Positions 17,150-31,164 of a stretch of 64,000 bases of DNA are shown one piece after another. Source of the stretch: the human T2T-CHM13v2.0 reference genome, Homo sapiens; the NCBI RefSeq assembly GCF_009914755.1, contig NC_060932.1, one strand, 5' to 3'. The stretch's first letter is position 1. Each line of letters begins with the position of its first letter. The translations under genes were made by a program, and so were the position numbers. Below the pieces are notes generated by a model that worked only from the letters and a program-made list of their open reading frames with translations, made no database searches and was not told the DNA's origin.

Positions 17150-18500
17150 TGAAACCACATTTTTAATATTGATATAATTGTCAAATCACATGCTGTTTGC
17201 AGATAAATTCTACATGCTATGAGATTAAGAAGTAATGCAGATAAATTCTACATGCTATGAGATTTCCCCCGATTTGAAGTTGCCTGCAAAACTGTAGAAC
17301 AATATGTACATAGATATGGCCAAGATATGAACATTTCCATCATCACAAGGCTCCTTTGTGCTCTCTTTTGTGGTCACTCGCCCCTACTTTTCTCCTGCCC
17401 AAACTGCCTCCTTAACTTCTGGAAACCACTAATCTGTTCTCCATTTCTATAATTTTATCATTTCAAAACCATGATATAATGAAATCATACAGAATGTAAC
17501 TTGCTGGGATTGGCCTTTTTCATTCAACATGATTCTTTGGAGATTAATCCAAGTTGTTGCACGTATCAATCACTTGTTGTTTTTTGTCACAGAGTTGTAT
17601 GCATGCTATGAATGCACTGCAGTTTGTTTCGCCTTTCACCCATTGAAGCACATCTGGTTGTTTGCAGTTTTTGGCCAGTATAAATAAAACCATATAAACG
17701 TGCATCTACAGGTTTTTGTGTGACTATACATTTCATTTCTCTGGGATGATGCTTAAGGATGCAATTGCTGGGTTGTATGGCTGCTGAATGTTTCACTATA
17801 AGAAGCTGCCAAACGGTTTTTCAGAGTGGCTATAGCCATTTTACATTTATACCATTTACTATCCACCAGAAAAGTATGAAAGATCCAGTTTTGTACATCC
17901 TCACCAGCGTTTGGTGTTGTCATGATTTTTTATTTTACCATCCTGATAGACATGTAGTTATGTATCACTGGGGTATTAATTTACATTTCCCTAATGGCTG
18001 ATGATGTTGAACACATGTGCCTATATGCCACCTGTGTATCTTTTTTGGTGAATTATCTTTTCAGGTTTTTTGCGTATTTTATATTTGAATTGTTTGATTT
18101 TTCCTGCTGAAATTCAGGAATTTAAAAAAATTATTATTCTACATGCTGGTTCCTTTGTTGGATATGTATTTGCAAATATTTTCTCTCTGTAACTTGTGTT
18201 TTCATCATCTTCAAAGATATTTCAGAAATCAAGTTTTTAACTTCGATAAAGTCTAGTTTATCTTTTTTTTTTTTTTAATGGATCATGCTTTTGGTGTCAA
18301 GTATAAGAACCCTTTCCCAGACCTTGATCTCGAAGCTTTTCTTCTACTATTTTTTCTAAAGTCACATAGTTTTACATTTTGCAGGTAAGTCGGTGGCCCA
18401 TTTTGAGTTAAATTTTGTGTAAAATGTAAAACTTAGGTTAAAGTTCTTTTTTTTTTTTTTTGTCCTGTGATGTCCAATTGCTTTAGCACCGTTTGTTTCT
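17150..18500 (-). mobile_element. L1MC-like 3' region
   Basis: aaccactaatctgttctccatttctataattt, gctgccaaacggttttt, atttccctaatggct. Confidence 0.8.
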
Positions 18501-18929
18501 AGGCTTCCTTCATGTTGGTTTCATTTATTTGTTATTGTCATCGATGCTGAACTGGACATACCTGCATATTTAACTTTTTGGTGCATTAACTAGGCTTTCT
18601 CTTCTTTAATAATTGATTCCTAAAAATATAATATTGAAATAACTATATGAATATTTAATATTTTGAAAAAAATTTAAAATTATGTTTCAAAAAGGATTCA
18701 CCAATTTATATTTCCACCATTAGCACATGAGGTTTGTATCTACCCACATCCTTAATTACAGAGAAAACTATCAGTTAATTTTTGTCAATTTTATGATTGA
18801 GACATATTTTTATTTTCAATTTTCTTTTCTCTACTTAATAAAATTGTGCATATTTACCTAAACATATTGATTATTTGTAGTTTTTTCTTTGATTGTGATG
18901 ATATATTTTATTGATTTTCTTTTTTTCCA

Positions 18930-19360
18930 CCTTTTATTTTGGATTCAGAGGGTACATGCACAGGTTTGTTACATGGGTATATGCTGAGGTTTGAGGTATG
19001 GATAATCCTGCCACCCAGGTACTAAGCATGCTATCCAATAGGTAGTTTTTCAGCCCATGTCCCTCTTTCTCTCTCCCCACCTCTAGTGGTCCCCAGTGTC
19101 TATTTTTTCCCATCTTTATGTTCATGAGTACCTAATGAGCTCCCACTTATAAGTGAGGACAGTGGTATTGGTTTTCTGTTCCTGTGTTAATTCACTAAGA
19201 ATAATGACCTTGAACTGTATCCATGTTGCTGCAAAGGACATTATTTCATCCTTTTTTATGGCTGTGTAGTATTCCATGGTGTGTATGTACCACATTTTCT
19301 TTACCTAATCAACCACTGATGGGCACTTAGGTTAATTCCATGTCTTTGTTACTGTGAGTA
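18930..19360 (-). mobile_element. L1PA/PB 3' end
   Basis: ggtacatgcacaggtttgttacatgggtat, ctcccacttataagtgag, tagtattccatggtgt. Confidence 0.85.
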
Positions 19361-19484
19361 GCCAAGCAGCTTTTCAACTCCCTTTCTGCCCATAGTCAGT
19401 TAGGAGACAAGCTCAATTAGCCACATGTTCTTACAGTCCAGACTTGTGGTTTCTTGGTGAAGTGGACCCTGGGAAGCACTGCTC

Positions 19485-19885
19485 AGACCTCATGTAGAAG
19501 TAAAGGACTTATTTTCCCAGCATCCTGGAGTGTTGCTAACAGAGAGTTCTCCACCAGCAAGCTCTTCAGAATGGTCTGACTTGAAGAGAGCTGTTTTACC
19601 CAATGTTATGACCTTTCTGGGAAGCCCACATCCATAACTGCCCATCACAAGAGTGTATAGTCCCTGTCCTTTGCTCCAGTTGGTGAAAACCATGATGTAT
19701 CACCCAGCTACTCATGCCTGGCTGACACCTCCACTGAGGCTGCATCAGAGCCCAACTTCTTTTCTGCTGAGTTCTGCTTCCTTCCCTTCCCTTCCACAGG
19801 TGTGTTCCCAGAGCACTCCCTTGAAAACCCCTGCCCACTAATCCCTCTTTCAGAGTCTGTCTCCCAAGGGACCCAACCAGCAGTG
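19485..19885 (+). mobile_element. ERVL LTR16-like LTR
   Basis: ttctgcttccttcccttcccttccacaggtgt...tcagagtctgtctcccaagggacccaacc. Confidence 0.6.
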
Positions 19886-20207
19886 CTTAGCAGTGCAACT
19901 CCTTTTGAAACCTAGTAGACTTTTGGTCTATTTGATTCTAGTCAGTTCTATTTGTTATTAACCACACCCAAAGGTCTTTGGTTCTTGGATTTGCTGTATT
20001 TCATTGCTTCATTGTCTCTCGCAACCCTGCCTCTCATTCCCAACTTGAAGAGGTGTCTTGAGTTGATCTGGAGTCAATGGGAGAGCTACACCTTTGAGTC
20101 ATTCCATACAATTTAGAATTTAGTAGATCCTATGCCCTTAGTTTGCTCTTTGCACAGAAGAATCTTGATCCACTGTGAGGCTTAACAATAGGTAGGAAGT
20201 CATAATC

Positions 20208-20507
20208 TTATTTTTATTTTTTTAGAGATAGGGTCTCACTCTATCAGTCAGGCTGGAGTGCAGTGCCACAATCACAGCACACTGTGGCCTTGAATTCCTG
20301 GGCTCAAGCAATCCTCCCATGTCAGCCTCCCGAGTATCTAGGACTACAGGTTGCACCACCATGTTTGGCTAGTTTTAAATTTTATTTTGTAAGACAGGGT
20401 CTTGGTATATTGCTCAGGCTGCTCTATGTTGCTCCTGGCCTCAAGCAATCCTCACACCTCAGCCTCCCAAAGTGCTGGGATTACAGGCATGAGCAACCAC
20501 ACCCAGC
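20208..20507 (-). mobile_element. AluJ
   Basis: Diverged dimer (tcctgggctcaagcaatcctccc); TSD ggaagtcataa. Confidence 0.9.
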
Positions 20508-20636
20508 ATGGAAGTCATAACTTTAATATTATCCTCTCCCCGAGGCTAACTTGTAGTAGGATTTTTTTTTTTTTGAGAGATCCTTAAGGTCCTTTATTAA
20601 TGGTTTAAAATACTTTACATGCTAATACATTCTTAC

Positions 20637-20729
20637 CCTACAGGGATGACACTTAAATTTTACTGAGCCATGCAATATAGGGTGACTTCAAGGCTGAGGA
20701 AGGCTGCTGTTTTCAAAAGGATGCCAAAC
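20637..20729 (-). pseudogene. Candidate exon 93 nt, phase 0 to 0 (VWHPFENSSLPQP*SHPILHGSVKFKCHPCR)
   Basis: Acceptor gtgcccag| (alternative at 20748), strong donor AGG|gtaaga. Confidence 0.45.
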
Positions 20730-21321
20730 CTGGGCACATACTCAATTTCTGTATAAGCTATACAGAAATATATGAAATATATATTTTCTATATAATCAGA
20801 TATATTTTATATATAAGCACATATTTATGAATGGTTGACATATATTTTAATATTTTATATATTTCTCTAGTTAAAAATATATTTCTGGATACTAATATAT
20901 ACTATCTTAAGTATTCAGATAAGCTCTGAAATGATGAAGTTTGTCAGTCATTCATTCCTTTGTAAATTATAATATTGTCACTAAATTTTTCACAGGAAAT
21001 GAGAGGATGCCTTTATGTGTGTGTTTGTGAGGGTCTGTGGATAAGGATTCATGTGTGTTTTTGTAACCAAAGAGCCACTCTGTTATTTAACAATAGAAGA
21101 TATTTCTCAATTTGATTTAACATTTATATTTTCCCTAATCTCTTGCTAATTAGAAAATGTGTCTATGCTTTCCAATGCTCCAGTTCAGTACCCTAAACCA
21201 CAGAATTCCCAAGAGAATTGTTAGAATTCAATGCAAGATGGAGTTTTTCCCAAAAAAGCCAGTGTTTTCTTCAATCTGGATTCAGACAGCAGATGAGGTC
21301 AAAGAGGCAACCAATACTTAT

Positions 21322-21381
21322 CTCTGGAATCTCCATCAACCTAATCCATCCATATAAAAAAATGCCTATGCTGAGAATAAA
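21322..21381 (-). pseudogene. Candidate exon 60 nt, phase 0 to 0, open (FILSIGIFLYGWIRLMEIPE), donor apparently mutated
   Basis: Acceptor tttacctgcag|; GAG|ataagt where GTAAGT is expected. Confidence 0.5.
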
Positions 21382-21729
21382 CTGCAGGTAAATTCAAGAC
21401 TCTGATAACTGTGGGCAAAAACATTAGAAATTGAAATAAGGTGAGTTCTACCAACACCTTCCAGTTTTACAGGCAGAAAATGTGGTTTGCTATATAATCT
21501 GTATTAAAAACATCTTCCTTCTTCCATTCTGCTGCTTAGAGCCTGAGGGATGCTGGAGCCATGAACTAGAAGGAGCTCACCTCCCAGAAAACTTTGCAGA
21601 TCAGAGCTCAAATTCTTGCCTTGGATTGTGTACCTCCACATTTTTAGGTGAGCGAAAATTGAACTTTGGATTGTTTGAGCCACAGATATTTAGATTTGCA
21701 TCACATGGAGAAAAATCTAATTCCAACTG

Positions 21730-22225
21730 AAACATCATACCACTTGGAGTAAAATCCAAAGCATTACACAGCTCCAGTGATCTGGTTACTAGCGACATAC
21801 ACCCATGAGTTTCCCACTCTGTCTACCCTAAGGCTACCCAGACTAACACTGCTGGCTCAGACCCTTAGACATTTCCTCAGCCTACATTATTTTTTCCCAA
21901 GAGAATTGTATGGCTCTTTCTCTCCCTTAATTGAGTTTTCTCTTCAAATATCATTTTTATTAGAATGGCCTTCCCTGATCTATATATTCATATTAACTCT
22001 ATCCTCCATCTCTTCATTTTCCTGGTTTTTCAGCTTTGTTGTTCTCCTTAATCCTCATCATAATCTAAAATGCTAACTATTCACACACTTATTTGTTCAT
22101 TTTTTGCCTCTCTCCACTAGTATGTAAGCTCCATGAGTTCAGAGTACCTTTTTACCCACTGCTGTATCTCCACCACCTTGAATAGTGCCTGGCTTATTGT
22201 AGTTCAATGAATGAATGAATGAATG
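21730..22225 (+). mobile_element. L2 3' end
   Basis: tgtaagctccatgag, tagtgcctggc, (atga)n tail. Confidence 0.75.
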
Positions 22226-22338
22226 TGAAGGCACATCATCTAGACCAAGAGAATACAATAGCTAGTTGATATTATTATGTGCCTGAGAGCCCAAAAATAT
22301 TGTAAGGTTTATGGTTTTCAAAAGTTAGGAAGCCTTAC

Positions 22339-22455
22339 ATAGCAAAAAAAAAAAATTAAAACTGTTCCTTCTTTGCCAGAAAGCTATGGATATTCAATCA
22401 TATCCTTTTAAACAGTACAGCCAATATGGGAGAAAATTGATGAGTATTAGAAATC
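22339..22455 (-). pseudogene. Candidate exon 117 nt (stops in all frames)
   Basis: Acceptor ttttttttctgtag|, donor TAT|gtaagg. Confidence 0.4.
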
Positions 22456-23499
22456 CTACAGAAAAAAAATGTTGTTGCTATGAAGTAAATAGCTTCAGCT
22501 GTAAGTAGGCAAAAAATATTTTCATGAAAAAACAAACTAGAAATTCAGTATAAATTTAGAAAGCAAACAGTTAAGAAATTTAGTGTAAATTTAGAATTTA
22601 ATTGTGTAGCATTGCTATAGACTTTTAGAATCTGAGATTTTCAAGCTCAATATTTTTTCTCAGTTTTATCTTCTATTATTTGGGATAAAGAAGCAATGGG
22701 CTTTCAACTGTTCAATAATCCAAATTTCCAAAATCTCTTCTTCTACATTACTGCTTACAAATTGGTTATTTCTTTCTGAGCTTCTTTCTTTCTTGTAATT
22801 TTTCTGTCATATGTAGTCAAAAGCATTTAATGTACACTATTAAAATTTTATTTTCCAACCTTCTTTCCTAGAGTGACACTTTAATTAGCTACCTAATTTG
22901 CCTCTAAAATTATCTCAGTTTTGCTACATGTTTGCCACTCCACAACATAGTATCTTGCCTTCTGACTACTAAGCCATTGACATACACATTTGAGATACTT
23001 GTCAGAGCCAGACCCAGCTCTTGCTACCAATATTTTTATCAGTCAAGATAAAGTTGGTTATACTTTGGTACAAGCATGCCAAAATCTTGGTGGCTAAACA
23101 CAGCAAATATTTGTTTCTCACATACATATAATCTGCTCTGGGTTTCTGGGTGACTCTAAATCAATCCAGTGGGTTAGCTTTCAGGATTTTTAGACATTGG
23201 TGTATCTCACCCCACTATGAAGATTCTTCCATGACAACCACAGCAGGGAAGCAGAGAGTACACAAAATTATGCACCTGCTCCTTAGTGCTGCAAGTCAGA
23301 AGGGACATACATAACTTAATATTTTTAATCGATCATTGGATAGAACTATGATTTGCCCACATAAGTATGAGAGGACTAGGAAATGTTATTCTCCTGGCCT
23401 CCAGGAAGGGAAAGAGAACTGGATATGGTGAGCACCCGACAGAGCAGTGACCAGTGACAATAGTAATGCCTGTCACCAATATCACAGGCATTGGTTTCT

Positions 23500-24154
23500 G
23501 CTTAACTCCACTGTGAACTCAAAAGTTAAATAAAATTTTTCATCTTCTGTAACTGTCACCATTTGATCCAAAATTTAAAAGTAGTTATATATAGCAAAGG
23601 AGGTCAATTTGAAACATCTTTGAATCACAGACTATGCCAAATCATCCAGGTTGATTATCATATCACAGGAAAGTGCCTTTGGGTAACAGTTGCATGCTGT
23701 ATTAGGATCCTAAAATTGAAATCTGTGGGCATTCTAAAAGGGCTATCATGGATACAAATCTTAGTAATTATTTCATCATTATCATCATTTTTTTTTACTA
23801 TTTTATTCAGAGCAGGAATGTTTAGAAGAATGTTTACAGTTTGGTAATCTTTCCAAATTGTATACATCTGATTGTAGAAATTGGTGGTATAATAATTCAG
23901 AAATTATATTTTTGGTACTGGAATGCATGATATTTTTCTGGAGGTACTTTAAAATACATTGTTATATTTTATTTAAGTTGGGTATGAAAATATTTGACAA
24001 GATTATTGCCGTCAGAAGAAATATAAAAGGCATTTGCTCCAACTTCACACACATATAGTACACCCGAACTGAACACAGGATAATGAGGCCAGTACTGTCA
24101 AGAAACTGTCCAAGGAAATTAAATTGAATGCTGATTATGTACACACTAGAAAAT
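23500..24154 (-). pseudogene. Candidate long degenerate exon
   Basis: Acceptor cttcttaatcttctttgaag|; long open stretches (ORF track 23962..24144, 23658..23867) despite high AT content. Confidence 0.45.
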
Positions 24155-24659
24155 CTTCAAAGAAGATTAAGAAGATGATTACTCTAATGACCACTAATGG
24201 AGTATTGTGTGATTTTTGAGTTACTTAACCAGTAATGGGGGTGGATTATCTCTTTTATCTACATTCTCTCATTTTGTTGTTTTAAAATTTATATTCTAAC
24301 TATCCCTCAAATTATTTGAGGTGGGTAACACAAGCCTGGTGGACTTCCACTTCCAGCAATTGAGATAATATACACATAGTCCTCCTACCATAAATATCTA
24401 TAAAACTGGATGCCTATTTTTAGGTATCAGACAAAGGCAGTACAAGACTGATCCTTGAGGGAAGAGGAACACTTGAGGGGTGCTCCATCTCTCTGCCAAG
24501 GGCAGTGTACCCTTAGCACAGAGGGCAAGTTGAGGCTGAGCCGAGCACAGTGGTGCAGGGAACTGGGAGGCAGAGACCAAGTTCTGGCCCCTGACACAAA
24601 GGAGCAGGCCTAACAGATGCCACAAAGGAGGAAGCCACACACAGGGGCCTCGAGACTGT

Positions 24660-24787
24660 GTTGTCTCTAACAATCTTTCTTCAAACGTCATCTGCAAAAT
24701 TTGATTTTCCCTATTGGAGTTTAAAACTGTGAGGTCCTGAAATTGGTAAGACTTTATTTCAAAGTTGTAGGTTTCCTCTCCCTCCAC
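24660..24787 (-). pseudogene. Candidate exon, phase 0 start (VEGEETYNFEIKSYQFQDLTVLNSNRENQILQMTFEERL)
   Basis: Acceptor gttactctgcag|; ORF track 24398..24787 begins exactly at the acceptor; donor not found. Confidence 0.5.
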
Positions 24788-25367
24788 CTGCAGAGTAACA
24801 CTTTAATTACATAAATTAGTCATATCTCTGAAATAGTCTATCAGACACTAGGTGTTCATTCAATTTCCAAAGAAAAGGTCACCTTTTCCTGGGCAATATC
24901 CTCCCCTGGACAGAATTTTATAATCATAAATTGCACACTTTTAGAAGCTGTCATTACAATATGCTAAGATTCTTAACTTCTGGTAAAAGTAAGGAATAAA
25001 AGTTCTTTTATAAAAAATATTTTATTTTTAAAATGACAGTCATTTCTCTACTCTTCCATCGTATGCTATATTTATCAGAGCTTATCTAGTTATTTTTTCT
25101 TTTTGTGCTTTACTCATACATTGTTCTTAGTTTTCAAGTTGCCACTCTATGTTATAAAATACAGGTTCTTGGGATCCCTTCAGGTAGTGAAAGAGACTCT
25201 TTGTGAAGGAGCCTGGGAATACACTTCAAACAAGCCCCATAGGGGTATCTCATTATCAATTGAGTGTGGGGAGCTCATGTTACTCAAAGTTGGTTTTGTG
25301 TTTAAACATTCACAAAGGTCCCTTTATCCTCCCCAACCTGATCAAACTTGGTGTGTGAACCTGGAAG

Positions 25368-25439
25368 CTATCTGTCTTTCTATCTATCTATCTATCTATC
25401 TATCTATCAATCATCTACCTATCTATCTATCATCTATCA
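25368..25439. repeat. (TCTA)n compound tetranucleotide STR
   Basis: Direct reading. Confidence 0.95.
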
Positions 25440-25776
25440 CTTTCAGATCAAACCATATTATAAATACTCACATTTAGCTTTATTTGGGTTATTACCTAAA
25501 ATTTTGTTAGTTGGAGAACTACAATGAAACAGTAAAAACTAGAGAATCTGTATTATTCTCTTGTTTATGATATAAGCTAGTAGCAACTGACCTTAATTTC
25601 CAACTTTGAAATCTACACTTAGGAGAGAAAGATCTGCTTTGGTTCATACATTTATTCAAAAAGTAATAATGAAACAACTAATAGCATTGTTCTAAGCCTT
25701 ATGATTATGACAGTGAACAAAAGAGACAGAAATCCCTGACAGCTTACCCTTTTCATGAAACTTGGCATAGTTTTAA

Positions 25777-26131
<355 letters not shown>

Positions 26132-26859
26132 GAGTTGCCCCGCTTCTTATGTACTAACTTGTGTAACTCAAAAATAAGAAAAGAATGAGGCCATTTTGCA
26201 TTAGAAGTGCATTCAGTCAGTTTGCCTCAGAATAATTTTCTATTTTCTTAGGTGAGAAGACTAAGTATAACCTAATAAATAATTCTGGTGAAGATAAATC
26301 AAGAGGAACTTGGCTTGCCCTTCATGAAAGAAGCTAAGTGGATTTAAATTAGTTTCCTGAGAGTGAGGGTTGTTAAACACAAAATGAGTGGTTAAAAAAA
26401 TAGGAAAAACCTTTACTGACAAATGCGTTCAGACATTATGATAATGTTTCAGGCAAAAGCTTGAAACCCTTCCTCCTACAACAGAGTATATGCAATCAAG
26501 TATTTTCATGAAAATTTTAGTAAGGCGTATCTCATTTTAGCCTAACGGAATAGCTTTTAAAAAAATATCTACCAACTTATTTCTTTTCCTAACTTTTGAT
26601 TCACTATATACTTTAAAAACATTTAAAGTTATGTTGACTAAAAATTAAAGTAACAGATCTTAGATGTTAAATTTGTAGAAACTAGTCTCCAAATTAGTTT
26701 CAGGCACAGATAAAAGTTACATTTTGCCATTAAAATGTGGGTATTAAAATAACCAGTTGTCTTGTGAATTATGAAGGTTAAAAACTTTTGCAAGCTTCTG
26801 CCGCAACCACAGAGATGCACAGATAAACGAAGAGAGAACAAAGCCTTGCTTTAAAACCG

Positions 26860-26974
26860 TTGGATTTAAATTCTGGATTGGAATTAATGACCACATCAGG
26901 GAATTGGGATTGTTTCTTCAGAGAGGAAATCTACAATAAAGGCCATCATTTCTACAGTATCTTCACTAAAATTT
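26860..26974 (-). pseudogene. Candidate exon, phase 2 start (NFSEDTVEMMAFIVDFLSEETIPIP), likely 1-nt frameshift; 3' end uncertain
   Basis: Branch ctaatc, acceptor gtttgctatag|; phase joins the 27922 exon (ag|a = Arg). Confidence 0.5.
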
Positions 26975-27921
26975 CTATAGCAAACGTGAATTTGGGTGAT
27001 TAGACAAAAACTAAATATATTGTACTTAATATTTACAAATATATAATGGATATTAATATTGTTATAGACACCTTGTAATGCAGGCATTTGTATAATATGG
27101 AAATGGGAGAAAGCCTAAGTTTAAAATAAGGAGAGCTATTGGTACTAGGGAGATAAGCGTGATACTGTGACAAGAAGAAAGAAGATAGAGAAGAAGGCTT
27201 ATTTCACTCAAATATTTTTGGAATTTGGAACACGTGAACATTTCTACACAGGCAAGGGACATTTGCTTTTTATTGTGTCTTACATTTTTCTATACATATT
27301 CTAATTGATGTGCCATAATGAGAACCCAGATACTGAATGAGACGACTTTCTAATGATACTGAAGGATTCTTATCCAACTAAATTCAACATTGAGTACACT
27401 GCTCAGACAATGCAGAGTGATAGGAAGAGGAGCCGTTCTCTCAGAAGCACTTCTCCAGGACCTCAGACTTCTCCATAGGTGGGGCTGATAACAAGGCTAT
27501 GTGTATCAATGTGACTAACTTTTGCATAATAGCAGTAGGGGATTCTAAAAAGGCAAAAAAAGCCTTCTGATTTTATCTCATAACAAACACTTCCAAATCT
27601 TTTGTGATGTCATTTATTTAAAGTATGGAAAGATTCCTTTAGGTATATATGATGCTTTAGGGAATAAATTACCCTTTTAAAATCCAATTCATGACGCAAA
27701 TGTGTTGAACTGAATGTTTTCTAAAAATTTCAAAAGAAAATGTATTTTAGGTTCTGCTGTCAATAATCAGGTAGTATGCATATTTTGTGTAGTTGATAAT
27801 TCTTTTCTATGGTGCTATCTAATCATGCTATGATTCATAGATAATTTATAATTCTTTAAGTATATGACTTCATTTTTGGAAAAGAGAAAGAGAACTAAGT
27901 AAATGTATCTTCTTCATTTAC

Positions 27922-27951
27922 CTTTCAGGAAGGGCCTGAAGAACACTGAGT
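27922..27951 (-). pseudogene. Candidate exon 30 nt, phase 2 to 2 (LSVLQALPE)
   Basis: Long T-rich tract then acacag|, donor AAG|gtaaat; GC-richer islet in AT-rich DNA. Confidence 0.55.
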
Positions 27952-28275
27952 CTGTGTTTAAAAAAATTTAAAATATAAAAATAAAAATAAATGGTATAAA
28001 TTTAAAAAATCATGAAGGACACAAACATTGTTTATCTCATTGTAGTAGTCCATAATTTCTTAATGATGGCTATTACTTTATGCCTGATTAATGAAAATAT
28101 ACAAAATACTTATGACTTTTGCAATTTAAAGAGGAAAAATACAATTGTTTAGATAACGAGACTATGGAACAACTTTATACATATCAGTCTGTTGACTATT
28201 AGGGCACTAATAAGTTATTATCATTGTGACTTTGGAAAGTAGAATGGAAATTAGTAGAAAGATGCAGGGAAATAG

Positions 28276-28823
28276 TGAAGGAGTGAAAGCCATGCCATCC
28301 AAATATATGCAAGATTGATATACTATTTTGGGTTGGAAACATTGGAGAAATTGTAGTTTCAGAAAGTGTGAGCTGACCCTGTCTCTTCCTGCATCCAGTA
28401 AGTCATAAAGATTCGTCTAGGAGGGATGCCCTCCCCATACAAGGGCAAAAAAACAGCACTTATCACCAGAGACTGGGAATTGGAGGCTGCAATGGATCTG
28501 AATAAATTCACTTAATGAAGTACACTTTATCTTCTACTAGTTTTATACCCTCCCAAATATTTCCTAGTGACTCCCCTAGAAATTTACTGCTTCTAGCCAG
28601 TCCCCTTTTGTCCTTTCATTTCTTCTCAAATTTATTATTTGTTTCAACGATACAAAAGCATTTTCCTTTGTCCACTTCTTTGGACTTCACTCTCTTGTGA
28701 AGATTCCCTTATATGTGGAAAACTAATTAAATTTGTACGCTTTTCTCTTGTTTATCTCTGTGGAGTCAATTCTAGATCCAAATGAGGAGCCCAGGGTTGG
28801 AGGTGATCCCTGGCTCCCCTGCA
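28276..28823 (+). mobile_element. ERV1 solo LTR (MER34-like)
   Basis: tgaagg...ctgca with 4-bp TSD atag. Confidence 0.75.
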
Positions 28824-28841
28824 ATAGAGAATATAACATAT

Positions 28842-28877
28842 CTGAAAACTCTTCTTCAGCTCATCTTCAAAACTAGT
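28842..28877 (-). pseudogene. Candidate exon 36 nt, open (TSFEDELKKSFQ), donor apparently mutated
   Basis: Acceptor taatgttgcag|; CAG|atatgt where GTATGT is expected. Confidence 0.4.
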
Positions 28878-30357
28878 CTGCAACATTAATGTTAAGGTAA
28901 GGGTTCTAATTATTGTCTTCTTCTTTTCCAGTACAAATAGTAAGACTGGCTCAGAATCTAACTCTTTGTGTAGAATTCTTATTGACTGTCATGAACATGG
29001 TCTAGTTTTGGCTAAGCACAAATATTCACAGTATTTAATATGTTACTTAGCATTAGCTATATTGCTTAGACACCTTTGAATTCATTTGAGAATTGCATAA
29101 ATTACCTCTATATTAGGCTGCCGGTGGTAACTTAGTTAAGGGTCAAATAATTATAATTTCTTTTTGGAATCAGTTTTTATCATTTATGACTCTCACCTCT
29201 CTCACAAAACAAGGATCTTCCTTTAAGAACCCCAAATTGAAAACCAAATATCTGAGAATAATTTGTGTAACAAGCTAAGTAACTCTAAACAGGGACAACC
29301 CTGCCTAGGTACCTTAGGTAATGATCATAAACATGAGATTCTTTCCCTGATCCCTGCAAAACATACCTCCAGCCCCAGATCAACTGGGAAATATTACAAT
29401 GACTTGGCTACTAAACAGTATTAGTTGGTTGGATATCCCTAGATTCAAGCGTACATGGGTCCCTCAAAGATTTCTTTAACCTGGAACTTAACACAAAAAG
29501 AATGATGTGATGGCAGAATAAAAAAAATCTTAGGGGTCAAATCTACTGATGGTTTACTTTACAGTTTCTGCCATAGAAAGATGTGGCCAGTCCCATTACT
29601 GCCAAAATCTTCACATATTTTATTCTAATTTCTTTATGATTTTGGTGTTTATATTTACTTATTAATATATCTTTTTACCTTTTATAACATATTTATTGAG
29701 GTTATAATGAGAAATAACACCATTTAGACATTTCAGGTTTTAATCTTCTTGGTTACACACATAAATACAACTTAAAGGGTATAGATTACTGGATCACAAA
29801 TGTTTTTCTTAGTGTTTTTTAGACTGTGATGCATTTTCTTCTTGAATTTAGCATTGATGAAAATGATGCCATCAACCTGATTATTGCATCTCTTTCATCG
29901 CCTGAATGCATGATTTTTTCTTATATATTTGAAATGACAATAAAAGAGAATCAGGGTAGGTCTAGATGTTGGTCTCATTCTTTGATTTTGCTTTGTGCAT
30001 AGTGAGAACTGTTGGTCTGGAAATTCAGATATTTTGACTTTGACAATTGCTTCTGTAATCTATCGGGAATTGTATAGTAGGTAGTATGAGGTAAGGATGT
30101 AGCCATTTTGAGGGAATTATTTGAGGAGGATCAAAACAACATATGGCAAACACTATTCATGTTTTCTAATGATAAAGTTGGGCATAAGCACATAAGGGGT
30201 ATATATTTACCAATGATAAGTGTAAGCAAATAAGCATCATCTATGATGATTCCGAACGTGGTCTTATATTGCCGTCAATATATCTTTATTAAAGTCATCT
30301 TTGGCCACAGGTCTTTAATAGTCAAGGTCTTTGTTTTATTTCTGCTTTGAAACTTAC

Positions 30358-30426
30358 ATATTTTACTTTTATTCAGGGGCTCTCTGACTTCTTTTGTACC
30401 AGCTCAGTATTGAGATGAAGTATTTC
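30358..30426 (-). pseudogene. Candidate exon 69 nt, phase 0 to 0 (EILHLNTELVQKKSESP*IKVKY)
   Basis: Acceptor tttaccatag|, strong donor TAT|gtaagt; one TGA. Confidence 0.55.
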
Positions 30427-30823
30427 CTATGGTAAACTACTGGCGATTATTGCTGTACTTCCTATTTCATTAACTTAAAAATATTAATTGAGTTCCTAAC
30501 ATATGTTCCTAAGAGGGTGTGGTACCTGCTCTGAAGGAATTTACAATTTGATCAAAAAGCCAGACAAGTAAACAAATTACATTACATATAGTAGTGCCAT
30601 CAAAGGCATCTTAGAAGAAATACAATAGGAGAGGGATCTGGACCACTTCCTGCTAGATCAGAAACATCTTTGGCCCTACAAATTTATGTGTTATACTGCC
30701 CAATTGGTTCGTTCATTCATTCATTCATTCATTCGTGTTGCATATGGTTTTCGGGCAATGTCATTGAAAGCAAGCACAATAAGAAACACTGGGCATTTTC
30801 CTCATGTTGCACATCTTCCTTAC

Positions 30824-30883
30824 CTTTCTTCTAATTTGTATTTCAAATGTTATTTTGCTATTTTAAACTATTTTGGTATTTTT
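30824..30883 (-). pseudogene. Candidate exon 60 nt, phase 0 to 0 (KNTKIV*NSKITFEIQIRRK)
   Basis: Upstream ctaat plus pyrimidine tract, acceptor gacag|, strong donor AAG|gtaagg. Confidence 0.55.
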
Positions 30884-31164
30884 CTGTCTCAGTTTGGGAA
30901 AAGTAGAGAATTAGCATAATGATTTAGGTACATCAAACAAAATATTTTTATATATGTTTTTCAAATATTTCAACCTGGAATTTGCAGAAGAATTATCTTA
31001 ATTGTGTGTACAATTTCAAGGCAAAAGGAGTTATAAGCAAACATTAAAAAGGCAGGAAAATCTAAGAGATTATTTTGCTATTAATTTTCTCAATTAAATT
31101 TTGAATGGCTACACTTCATGGGGCTCTTGAAATTCCTATAGCATAAAAGTAACAGAGAAACACC

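Noticed and set aside
23465-23492. 9-bp inverted repeat aatgcctgt/acaggcatt
   Set aside because: Short enough to occur by chance in 64 kb.
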